From the IMG/VR virus record IMGVR_UViG_3300021076_000041: a DNA stretch of 36,488 nt, one strand, 5' to 3'. The notes under the pieces were generated by a model. The model was not told where the DNA came from, searched no databases, and saw only the letters and a program-made list of their open reading frames with translations. The translations under genes and the position numbers were made by a program. Every line of letters begins with the position of its first letter. Within the stretch, counting starts at the first letter, position 1. Below are positions 26,850 to 35,018 of this stretch, one piece after another. This stretch comes from a virus.

Positions 26850-27896
26850 ATGAATAAATCAACCTTTCTACTCATGGACGGACACAATCTGTTCCATAGA
26901 ATGATACATCAGGTTAATCCTGCCGCAGGTATAGATGGAATGATAGGATTGTCATTCCATCTAATGTTATATAGTCTTAAGAAAGAATGGAATCGTTTCA
27001 ATGGAACTCATGCGGTATTCTTCACCGAAGGTTATTCGTGGCGATATGATATCTACAAAGATTACAAGAAATCCAGGAAAGTTATATTCGCGCAAAAGAC
27101 AGAGAAAGAAAAAGAAGACAGGGATCTACTCACTGAGGCGTTTGATGATTTGGTAGAATTTCTTGATCAGAAAACCAATATGACTGTTCTTCAGAATCCA
27201 AGAGCAGAAGCAGATGATATGATTGCTACTTGGATTAGATTACACCCAGATGACGATCATATTCTAATCAGTTCCGATAGTGACTTCTATCAATTGCTCG
27301 CGCCAAATGTAAAAATCTACGATCCAGTTAAAGATATTCTATTAACTGATGTTGGAATTACTGATGACAGAGATAAGAATTTGAGTTTCGTTGTCAAAGA
27401 TGGTAAGATTTCTTCACCTAAGGTAGATCCAAATTTCAAACCAGAAAAGGATTGGTTTCGATACGCATTATTTATGAAAATCATTCGTGGTGATACGTCT
27501 GATTATATATTCAGTGCCTATCCCGGTATTCGTGAAAAAGGAACCAAAGATAAGATTGGGATCAGAGAAGCATATAATAATCAAGATGTGAAAGGGTTTG
27601 ATTGGAATAATTTCATGAATCAATCTTGGGTTGACATTGACCAAAAGACCCATATTGTAAAGGATCTTTATGAGAGAAATCGAATACTAATTGACCTAAC
27701 TGCTCAGCCAGACAGTGTGAAAGAGTCGTGTGAGAATATTATTGTAAATCAAGTTTCAAGAAAGAATATCTCAGCACCAAATATAGGAATGGCATTCTTG
27801 CAATTCTGCACAAGGTGGAATTTGCCAAAAATATCAAACAATGCTCAGCAATTCACCCCATTGTTCAACTCTAAATATTATCAAGACCTCGAATGA
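26850..27896 (+). CDS. rnh: RNase H / 5'-3' flap exonuclease (T4 rnh-like)
   Basis: LLMDGHNLFHR, FFTEGYSWRYDIYKDYKKSRK, EADDMIATWI, ILISSDSDFYQLL and FMKIIRGDTSD follow the T4 RNase H / FEN active-site layout. Confidence 0.85.
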   Translation: MNKSTFLLMDGHNLFHRMIHQVNPAAGIDGMIGLSFHLMLYSLKKEWNRFNGTHAVFFTEGYSWRYDIYKDYKKSRKVIFAQKTEKEKEDRDLLTEAFDDLVEFLDQKTNMTVLQNPRAEADDMIATWIRLHPDDDHILISSDSDFYQLLAPNVKIYDPVKDILLTDVGITDDRDKNLSFVVKDGKISSPKVDPNFKPEKDWFRYALFMKIIRGDTSDYIFSAYPGIREKGTKDKIGIREAYNNQDVKGFDWNNFMNQSWVDIDQKTHIVKDLYERNRILIDLTAQPDSVKESCENIIVNQVSRKNISAPNIGMAFLQFCTRWNLPKISNNAQQFTPLFNSKYYQDLE

Positions 27897-28369
27897 AATT
27901 AAAGACTATTACTGATAAATCCTGGATTGTATTGTCTGACGACAATGAAAGGATCGGGATGCTAAACGAAGGTAAAGAACAATTCACTCTATTGATGAAG
28001 AGTGTGAAATATGAATTTAAGTCCAAAGAAGAATTAAATATTCATTTTAACAAAGACATATTCCGTCATATTATTGAACCAGTATTTCAGCAAAGGAATA
28101 TAGAGAAGTTCATCAAAGGCCTTCCTGTAGATTATGATTCGCCAATCGAAGTTGAAATTGAAGGCAATTCTCTACCACTATTCGTAAAGAAGGAAGGTAG
28201 TAAGATATATTTCTCTGCTGGATATTATTGCTTAGAATACCCAAAAGGATGGATGCCATCCTTAAATCCAAAACTATCAACTTTAGAATTGTACAATCAT
28301 AAGGGTCCGTTTGTAGATGAATTACAAATGAGAACTGCTTTACAAACCGAAAGGAAGAAGAATGCTTGA
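27893..28369 (+). CDS. hypothetical protein
   Basis: ATGA-coupled ORF of 158 aa; no family recognised. Confidence 0.5.
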   Translation: MKLKTITDKSWIVLSDDNERIGMLNEGKEQFTLLMKSVKYEFKSKEELNIHFNKDIFRHIIEPVFQQRNIEKFIKGLPVDYDSPIEVEIEGNSLPLFVKKEGSKIYFSAGYYCLEYPKGWMPSLNPKLSTLELYNHKGPFVDELQMRTALQTERKKNA

Positions 28370-28571
28370 GATCAATAAGTTCATAGCCAAAGTTAAGAAT
28401 GCTAAGAAAACAAAATCACCAGAGATCAAGATTACCTTTGTTGATGCTCAAGCATTGCTCGATGAAATTAACGAGCTGATTACTGCCAATGTGAAGCCTG
28501 CGCCAAAGATAGAAAAGGTGGCCGAATCACATCAAACCGGACCTATAATCTTTGATGGTGGACATTTCTAA
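28362..28571 (+). CDS. hypothetical protein
   Basis: Overlapping ORF of 69 aa. Confidence 0.45.
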   Translation: MLEINKFIAKVKNAKKTKSPEIKITFVDAQALLDEINELITANVKPAPKIEKVAESHQTGPIIFDGGHF

Positions 28572-28584
28572 AACCATACTTTAT

Positions 28585-28613
28585 TTGGTGCCGAAGATAA
28601 ATATAAGTATAAT
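28585..28613 (+). promoter_or_regulatory. weaker sigma70-like promoter plus a GATAAATA box
   Basis: TTGGTG (28585-28590), 17 nt spacer, TATAAT (28608-28613). GATAAATA lies at 28596-28603. Confidence 0.4.
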
Positions 28614-28627
28614 CAATGGAGATCACA

Positions 28628-28925
28628 ATGTCACGACCAAAGCCAACCATTCTGATGACAGATACTAATTCAAAGAGTTTCAAGGTAGTTCAAGTTCTTG
28701 AAGCAGAATCTATCTATGCTGTCTTTCACAAAGGCAAGCCAATCAATATGAGAATACTGAACCAGATATCTGATATACCAGGACCAAAATATAAGAAGTG
28801 TAGTTTCAGTAATCCACGGTCATGCATTTAACTTGGCTCAAAAACTAAATGGTATATTCGACACTACCGAATTTACAGTTCATAAGTTGGATTCTGGAAC
28901 TCTAATCACCGAACGCAATAAATAA
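28628..28925 (+). CDS. hypothetical protein; one frame break
   Basis: RBS GGAGA before ATG 28628. ..KYKKCSFSNP|GHAFNLAQKLNGIFDTTEFTVHKLDSGTLITERNK is read when C 28817 (CCA C GGT) is skipped. TAA 28923-28925. The track ORF ends at 28831. Confidence 0.5.
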
Positions 28926-28948
28926 TTTCAATCTTCGGAAATGATATA

Positions 28949-29287
28949 ATGGAACCGCTGCGACAGGCTATCATTTCTGAAGTAATAAAGAAAACACCCG
29001 AACTTGAAAAATTTACAGTTGATCAACTAAATCAGGATTTCTTTCTACCATCATCACACCGATTAACCTATTATGGTTTACAATGTGTCAAGAATGTATT
29101 CACTCCATATAGTTTCGATATTGGCGCTGACTTGCATCTAAAATCGAAGCATTATATCGCCTTATCAAACACAATGACTTATCCATATTATCTTTCACAG
29201 AATAAACTCATCTTGTTTTCAGAAATGGATGCAATGGTGATAAAATTGTGTGGCAATGTCAAAATCTTCCTTGATCGTAGTTCCTAG
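28949..29287 (+). CDS. hypothetical protein
   Basis: 112-aa ORF. Confidence 0.45.
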   Translation: MEPLRQAIISEVIKKTPELEKFTVDQLNQDFFLPSSHRLTYYGLQCVKNVFTPYSFDIGADLHLKSKHYIALSNTMTYPYYLSQNKLILFSEMDAMVIKLCGNVKIFLDRSS

Positions 29288-29307
29288 ACTGGTTTACCCT
29301 ATTGCCA

Positions 29308-29336
29308 GTTGCGATTATTCAATGTTTGTGCTATAC
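29308..29336 (+). promoter_or_regulatory. sigma70-like promoter
   Basis: TTGCGA (29308-29313), 17 nt spacer, TATACT (29331-29336). Confidence 0.5.
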
Positions 29337-29357
29337 TATATACAGTAGCTTTTTACA

Positions 29358-29717
29358 ATGAATCCGCAGCGAGGACAGAATATGATTTTGCCACAGGAAG
29401 GTTTATCACAAATAAAATTCTACGAATTAGATTTATATGTACCCACCGGGCATTCTCGTAAAACTTCAATAGTCACACTACACTGGAAAAGTTGGTCAAA
29501 AACCTTACCACCGGTATCTTCAATGGAAAGTGAATTTGACGGAACCTTTGAAGATGCGAAGAAGGTCGAAACCTTACTCGGCACCATTGTTCTACCTGAT
29601 GGATCAGAGTATATGATTGGTGTAGGTAATGCTGAACATCGATTTAGTGAATATTTGAAGGTTCTTTCAACATTGGCTGTAGACAGACAACGAGTGAAAG
29701 ATATTCTTGGAGAATAA
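29358..29717 (+). CDS. hypothetical protein
   Basis: Track ORF. The internal ATG 29382 has a better RBS (GAGGA). Confidence 0.45.
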   Translation: MNPQRGQNMILPQEGLSQIKFYELDLYVPTGHSRKTSIVTLHWKSWSKTLPPVSSMESEFDGTFEDAKKVETLLGTIVLPDGSEYMIGVGNAEHRFSEYLKVLSTLAVDRQRVKDILGE

Positions 29718-29722
29718 AGAAG

Positions 29723-30037
29723 ATGAACCGATATTGGTGCTCGTGGTGGTCAGGATATTACCTTGATGAAGGGTGTTCAATGCCACCGTTTCAAATATGG
29801 ATTTCTACTGAGCGAGCCAGAATAGGAAACCCACCAGGAAAAGATGAAAGAACAGAGGTAGGCATTTGTGCCTTGATTGATTCTGATTCAAAAGATAAAA
29901 TAATGGAATCAATCAAGAGACATTTTCCAGACTTTGAAATGAGATTTATGAATGAACACAACTTAGACTTTGAACCACCAGAACATCTGTGTCCAAATTT
30001 CAAAAATCAAACTCTACTTACCAACGATAAGGAATAA
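29723..30037 (+). CDS. hypothetical protein
   Basis: 104-aa ORF. Confidence 0.45.
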   Translation: MNRYWCSWWSGYYLDEGCSMPPFQIWISTERARIGNPPGKDERTEVGICALIDSDSKDKIMESIKRHFPDFEMRFMNEHNLDFEPPEHLCPNFKNQTLLTNDKE

Positions 30038-30038
30038 G

Positions 30039-30251
30039 ATGAAAAATATTGACCCAATTTGGTGTGGGTGGATTTTACTAATCAGCCTCATAATTTTCAT
30101 GACTGGCATTTTTGTAGTTAGAATGAAAGATGTCAATTCATATAGAGAACAATGCCAGGCCGCCGGCGGTCAGATTATTGAAATCTTTCCACACAGAAGC
30201 ACGGTTTGCGCAAAGATAGAAATTCTTCAATTTTCGAAAGAAATAAAATGA
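30039..30251 (+). CDS. small membrane protein
   Basis: MKNIDPIWCGWILLISLIIFMTGIFVV.. has one TM segment. ATG 30039 lies inside track ORF 29970..30251. Confidence 0.45.
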   Translation: MKNIDPIWCGWILLISLIIFMTGIFVVRMKDVNSYREQCQAAGGQIIEIFPHRSTVCAKIEILQFSKEIK

Positions 30252-30715
30252 TACAGTACAAAATTGGTAATCTGCTTGATATCACCGAAGGTCATATCGT
30301 TCACTCTGCGAATGCGCAGGGGATCATGGGTGCCGGTGTGGCCTTGGCAATAAAACAGAAATACCCGGGGTGTTACCAAGAATATAAAGAGTTTTGCGCC
30401 ATTGCCTCAGATAGCGCCGAATTACTTGGGAGAGTAGTTCCATATTTGGTCAATGAGAAACTGATCATTTGGAACCTCATTGGCCAAGATCGATACGGTG
30501 GTCATGGTAAAAGATACACGGATTATGAAGCACTTGCCACTGGGCTGGAAATGATTGAGAAATCAATCATTGTATGTCGCGACAATTATGTTGTTCCGCC
30601 GATACTAAATTTTCCATTAATGGGTAGTGGTTTGGGTGGTGGTAAATGGCCAATCGTCGAAGCCATTATTGATAACACTATCTCTTGTGGCAAGGTTCTT
30701 TGGACTTTGGATTAA
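30248..30715 (+). CDS. macro-domain protein (ADP-ribose binding/hydrolase family)
   Basis: MIQYKIGNLLDITEGHIVHSANAQGIMGAGVALAIKQKYP.. and ..NFPLMGSGLGGGKW match macro-domain signatures (h.h..N..G.MGAG.A..I...yP, and G.G.GG). Confidence 0.7.
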   Translation: MIQYKIGNLLDITEGHIVHSANAQGIMGAGVALAIKQKYPGCYQEYKEFCAIASDSAELLGRVVPYLVNEKLIIWNLIGQDRYGGHGKRYTDYEALATGLEMIEKSIIVCRDNYVVPPILNFPLMGSGLGGGKWPIVEAIIDNTISCGKVLWTLD

Positions 30716-30734
30716 TTTTCTCGAAAGGATCAAA

Positions 30735-30944
30735 ATGAAATTGCTCACTGCTACAGTTCTATCATTGACGAGCAATAGTGCTGTCGCGAAACATGTCGAA
30801 GTGCATGAGAATACACAAGCGGCCGGCTATATCCTTTTAGGTCTCGTCTCACTCATTGCTATTGGTATTTTGGCAATAATACTCGTGAAATATTCAGATA
30901 AGAAAAAGGAATCATCTATTAAGAATTCACAGACACCGGATTGA
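30735..30944 (+). CDS. small secreted/membrane protein
   Basis: RBS GAAAGGA before ATG 30735. Signal-like MKLLTATVLSLTSNSAVA plus the TM segment GYILLGLVSLIAIGILAIILV. Confidence 0.5.
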   Translation: MKLLTATVLSLTSNSAVAKHVEVHENTQAAGYILLGLVSLIAIGILAIILVKYSDKKKESSIKNSQTPD

Positions 30945-30969
30945 ACAACCCATAAAAATTTGCTATACT
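30941..30969 (+). promoter_or_regulatory. sigma70-like promoter
   Basis: TTGAAC (30941-30946), 17 nt spacer, TATACT (30964-30969). Confidence 0.55.
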
Positions 30970-30992
30970 ATATAAAACTACAAAGGACAACA

Positions 30993-32108
30993 ATGACACT
31001 ATATCTCCGCAGAGGCACATCCTATCATCCAACAGATGAATCAGCACTCGATGTTCGAAAAGAATTGCCACCTGGTAATTATATCGTTGAAAAGGATCTA
31101 GACACTGGACAGTTGTATTTCGAATCAACTGATCCATTCTACGTATCGGGTAAGATTTATGGCGATACAGAGAAGCAACGAGATAGAATTTTCAATACCT
31201 TTCAAGACCGAACTGCAGCCACTGGTGTTCTTTTGAATGGTGAGAAGGGTTCCGGTAAAACCCTTCTGGCTAAGATGCTATCATTGAAAGGCATTGCCTA
31301 TGGGTATCCTACCATCACAATCAATCAACCGTGGTGTGGTGAGCAATTCAACAAACTTATTCAAAGTATCGAACAACCGGCAATTGTGATGTTTGATGAA
31401 TTTGAAAAAGTGTATGACGATGAACATCAGCCATTGATGCTAACTTTGCTCGACGGTGTCTTTCCTACTAAGAAGTTGTTCGTTCTTACTTGTAATGACA
31501 AGTGGAGAATTGATAGCCATATGAGAAATCGCCCTGGCAGAATTTTCTATCTGCTTGACTTTGACGGTCTTGATTCGAAATTTATTACCGAATATTGCAA
31601 TGAAAATCTGAATGATACCAGTCATACCGAAACTGTCTGTAGAATTGCCTCGTTGTTCCATAAGTTCAATTTCGATGTTCTAAAAGCATTGTGTGAAGAG
31701 ATGAATCGATACAACGAGTCACCACAGGATGCAATGAAGATGCTGAATGCTAAACCATTCAGTGACAATGATTCGGCGTATGATGTAATTTTGTCCATTA
31801 AAGGTAAGGCAATTCCGCCAGAGAAAATGAATCCCGAAACCTTTAATACAAATCCAATTGGCCAAGAATCCATTGAGATTCGCTATTATGGTGATGCCAG
31901 TGTCAATGCGGCGAGTCCGTCACTATCAGCATTCGATGACTATGACAAACCAGATTATATCACTGGAAGATCAAATTGGACTCTTCAACCCGGCGATCTG
32001 AAGGCAATTGATTCAGTGAATAATATCTACACCTATGTGAGTGGTGATATCAAAGTAGTCTTTACAAAGAGAAAAGAAGTCAATTTCAGGTATATGGACA
32101 TGCTGTGA
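30993..32108 (+). CDS. AAA+ ATPase
   Basis: Walker A LLNGEKGSGKTLLAKM, Walker B IVMFDEFEK, and RNRPGRIF (arginine-finger/sensor region). ATG 30993 lies inside track ORF 30960..32108. Confidence 0.7.
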   Translation: MTLYLRRGTSYHPTDESALDVRKELPPGNYIVEKDLDTGQLYFESTDPFYVSGKIYGDTEKQRDRIFNTFQDRTAATGVLLNGEKGSGKTLLAKMLSLKGIAYGYPTITINQPWCGEQFNKLIQSIEQPAIVMFDEFEKVYDDEHQPLMLTLLDGVFPTKKLFVLTCNDKWRIDSHMRNRPGRIFYLLDFDGLDSKFITEYCNENLNDTSHTETVCRIASLFHKFNFDVLKALCEEMNRYNESPQDAMKMLNAKPFSDNDSAYDVILSIKGKAIPPEKMNPETFNTNPIGQESIEIRYYGDASVNAASPSLSAFDDYDKPDYITGRSNWTLQPGDLKAIDSVNNIYTYVSGDIKVVFTKRKEVNFRYMDML

Positions 32109-32109
32109 T

Positions 32110-32700
32110 ATGAAAATTCAAATATATCAGTGCCGGTTTACCAAGAAGCTATTTCAGTTAGATCAGAAAGAAGAGTATATTGCTCATCTGAAAGACTTAC
32201 GAGCACGAAAGAAAGATAATCGCAAACACAATCGAAAACGCCGTGATTTTGAATCCTGGTTTAAGTCTGAGAAAGAAAAGATTACAGGCATTGAAGAACT
32301 TGAAGAATGGATTTTGATTAATTTTTCGAAAATAGTCAAATTCTACAATGCTTTGAATTTTCATAGTCAATTCCGCGGCAAGCTTGAGAAATTTTCTCTC
32401 AAAACAACACATAATACTTATGCCAGCAATACTCATAGTGCCCCAAACGGAAAGAAAACAAACTGGCTCGGATCAACAGATCTTCCGCGGGGGTATCCGG
32501 GTTATATTGGAAATATGTCCGGTGTTTTCGAAAATCACAAACATTCCGGCGTCAGCAATATTTGGAAATTTATCGACATTCACACAGGCACCGGCAGCGG
32601 CGGTAATAATTTCCAGTATTCAGTCACAATTTGGATTGACGATTGGCCGGGGATCGCCGAACAATATGTATTCAAGAAATTGAAAGGCGAGATACATTGA
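32110..32700 (+). CDS. hypothetical protein
   Basis: 196-aa ORF with a basic N-terminal region. Confidence 0.5.
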   Translation: MKIQIYQCRFTKKLFQLDQKEEYIAHLKDLRARKKDNRKHNRKRRDFESWFKSEKEKITGIEELEEWILINFSKIVKFYNALNFHSQFRGKLEKFSLKTTHNTYASNTHSAPNGKKTNWLGSTDLPRGYPGYIGNMSGVFENHKHSGVSNIWKFIDIHTGTGSGGNNFQYSVTIWIDDWPGIAEQYVFKKLKGEIH

Positions 32701-32963
32701 TGGCTTCACTCTTCAGAAGACTGTTTCCAAAGACACACAAACTGTATCTTATTCCGGGGAAATTCTCACAGGAAATTCATGATAGAAATTATATACAGAT
32801 TTATGAATGGTGTGTGAACAATTTAAGTGAAGATCAATATGATTTCACATATGGAGATCAGTCGCCACAACGAAGAGTTCGAATTCTAACACCATCGTAT
32901 GTTGTATTGAAAAATGTGCCGCAAGAAGATATAGTCTTCTTAAAATTGAAATTTGGACTATGA
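32700..32963 (+). CDS. small protein, diverged family member
   Basis: ATG 32700 overlaps the upstream TGA. The C-terminus ..VVLKNVPQEDIVFLKLKFGL fits the family. Confidence 0.45.
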   Translation: MASLFRRLFPKTHKLYLIPGKFSQEIHDRNYIQIYEWCVNNLSEDQYDFTYGDQSPQRRVRILTPSYVVLKNVPQEDIVFLKLKFGL

Positions 32964-32996
32964 ACTTACTTACTTACAAACGAAGGATGATATCGT

Positions 32997-33414
32997 ATGA
33001 AAATCAAGATAGATGAATTATCAGGTTATCCACTTGACTACGCGGTAGGGGTAGCACTAGGCCATAAGATGACTGTGGCATCCTTTGGGCCATTGTTTGG
33101 CAAAGGGTATATGGCACCTGTTCGCGAAGGGTACTTTACCAAATACGAACCACGAACCACGAAATCATATTCTTCAGATAATGAAAGAATGTTTAATCGG
33201 CGGTCGTCCTGTTCAGACGTGTATAAATGACCAAAATATGGTCAAATGGTGCGCTTGTCAATTGCCTATTGAATTAGAATATTCTCAAAGCGATACGCCA
33301 GATGAAGCAATACTGAAATGTCTCGTGGGTAGGTTAATGCCGGCTGGTGAAATTGAAATCCCCAATGAACTCGTGATTTCAGATTACAGATTCCATCGAG
33401 CCGCTGGTCATTGA
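32997..33414 (+). CDS. DUF2591/NinX-like protein disrupted by a 7-bp tandem duplication
   Basis: The N-terminus MKIKIDELSGYPLDYAVGVALG resembles the phage NinX/DUF2591 family. Track ORFs 32997..33230 and 33085..33414 are offset by +1. GAACCAC occurs twice in tandem (33147-33153, 33154-33160), and removing one copy fuses them (..YFTKYEPRNHILQIMKECLIGGRPV..). Confidence 0.5.
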
Positions 33415-33421
33415 TAAATAT

Positions 33422-33637
33422 ATGAAAATCAAAGAGGAATTTAAAATGAGATTTAGTGAAATTATCAATGAAGACAAAGCTAAAATTCGTAAGGTGAAAA
33501 AGACTCGTGCTGATGATTCCGTAGAAATCACATTCGAAGTATTGAATTCCGATGGCGTCACAGTTAAGACCGGAATGTCAAAGGAAACTGCCTCGAAATA
33601 TCTTGAAGACCATTCCAGTAAGTTGAACAAAGAGTGA
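33422..33637 (+). CDS. hypothetical protein
   Basis: 71-aa ORF. Alternative ATG 33446 follows AAGAGGAA. GATAAATA at 33413-33420 lies directly upstream. Confidence 0.45.
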   Translation: MKIKEEFKMRFSEIINEDKAKIRKVKKTRADDSVEITFEVLNSDGVTVKTGMSKETASKYLEDHSSKLNKE

Positions 33638-33666
33638 GAAGTATTCGTCCGGTATAAAATTGCCGC

Positions 33667-33695
33667 TTGACTTTTATAACTGTCTGCTATACAAT
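33667..33695 (+). promoter_or_regulatory. sigma70-like promoter
   Basis: TTGACT (33667-33672), 17 nt spacer, TACAAT (33690-33695). Confidence 0.55.
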
Positions 33696-33743
33696 ATGTA
33701 TGTAGTATATAAATTGTGTGTGACAACTTCATAAGGAAGAAAA

Positions 33744-34862
33744 ATGGCTGCAGAAATGACAGAACGGACAGTTCGTCCGAAAGATGCGAAGATATTGATC
33801 CGGCGCTGCATGAAAATGAAGCGGCCAATCTTTATCTGGGGTGGTGCCGGCCTTGGAAAGAGCGAGCTGATACAAGAAATTGGTGACGAAGATGGCCGCG
33901 CTGTCATTGATATTCGCTTGTTGTTGATGGAACCGACTGATCTGAAAGGTATTCCATACTACGATCCAGTATCAGAAACAATGCGCTGGGCGCAACCATG
34001 CGAATTACCAGGTTCCCCGGAGAAACACCCACATCTCCAAAATGCCATTCTGTTCCTTGATGAGCTCAATGCCGCACCAGGAGCAGTTCAGGGTGCGGCA
34101 TACCAGTTGATGCTAAATCGTCGAATTGGTGAATACATCCTCCCCGAAGGTGTTAGCATAGTGTGCGCCGGCAATCGTGAAACAGATCGCGGAGTCACCT
34201 ATCGTATGCCAAGTCCGTTGGCAAATCGGTTGGTCCATTTGGAAATGATTGCCAATTTTGAAGATTGGCAAGCTTGGGCTCTTCGAAAGAAAGTTCATCC
34301 AGATGTCGTCGGCTTTGTAAGCCACCACAAACAACATCTTTCTAATTTCGATCCGAAGAAATCCGGCCATGCATTTGCCACACCGAGATCGTGGAAGTTT
34401 GCCAGTGACTTGATCCAAGACAATACCTTGGCTGAAAGTTTGGTGACTACCCTAATTGCTGGTACAGTAGGTGAAGGTATCGCAATTGAATTCGCACAAC
34501 ACCGGAAGATTTCGGCTAAGATGCCAAAACCGGAAGACATTCTGCTTGGCAAGGAAAAGAAGCTGAATGTGAAGGAAATTTCCGCAATGTATTCGTTGAC
34601 CATTAGCACTTGTTATACATTGGGCGAGTGGGTCGAGAGAACCAAAGATCCTGAAGAGAAATTTTCAATGGACGATTGGCATCTTTGTGTAGATAATTTC
34701 TTTGAGTTCATGATGGATAATTTCCAACTCGAAATGATTGTCCTTGGTGCGAAATATTCACTACGTGACGCCGATGGTGGTGGTCTGCCAATCGTTCATC
34801 GCAAGCTGAAATCGTTCAAACGATTCAATACTATGGTCGGCGGATTGATTATCGAGGCGTAA
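33744..34862 (+). CDS. MoxR/CobS-type AAA ATPase (AAA_5-like)
   Basis: Walker A IFIWGGAGLGKSELIQ, Walker B ILFLDELNAA, and VCAGNRETDRG.. No second ATPase domain. Confidence 0.7.
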   Translation: MAAEMTERTVRPKDAKILIRRCMKMKRPIFIWGGAGLGKSELIQEIGDEDGRAVIDIRLLLMEPTDLKGIPYYDPVSETMRWAQPCELPGSPEKHPHLQNAILFLDELNAAPGAVQGAAYQLMLNRRIGEYILPEGVSIVCAGNRETDRGVTYRMPSPLANRLVHLEMIANFEDWQAWALRKKVHPDVVGFVSHHKQHLSNFDPKKSGHAFATPRSWKFASDLIQDNTLAESLVTTLIAGTVGEGIAIEFAQHRKISAKMPKPEDILLGKEKKLNVKEISAMYSLTISTCYTLGEWVERTKDPEEKFSMDDWHLCVDNFFEFMMDNFQLEMIVLGAKYSLRDADGGGLPIVHRKLKSFKRFNTMVGGLIIEA

Positions 34863-34901
34863 TTCAAAGCCAACAGTTCGATACCAGAGTAATATCAATT
34901 C

Positions 34902-34929
34902 AAGGAGCCTATTTTCGGATAGGCTCCTT
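34902..34929 (+). terminator. rho-independent-type hairpin
   Basis: AAGGAGCCTAT (34902-34912), loop TTTCGG, ATAGGCTCCTT (34919-34929): perfect 11-bp stem, then GTTGT. Confidence 0.65.
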
Positions 34930-34954
34930 GTTGTCCAACGGTAATTTCGGGGTC

Positions 34955-34983
34955 TTGACTTACCAACAGCAATATGCTACAAT
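34955..34983 (+). promoter_or_regulatory. sigma70-like promoter
   Basis: TTGACT (34955-34960), 17 nt spacer, TACAAT (34978-34983). Confidence 0.6.
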
Positions 34984-35018
34984 ATACTATATAAAGTTAC
35001 AATTGATCGGAGAATTAA

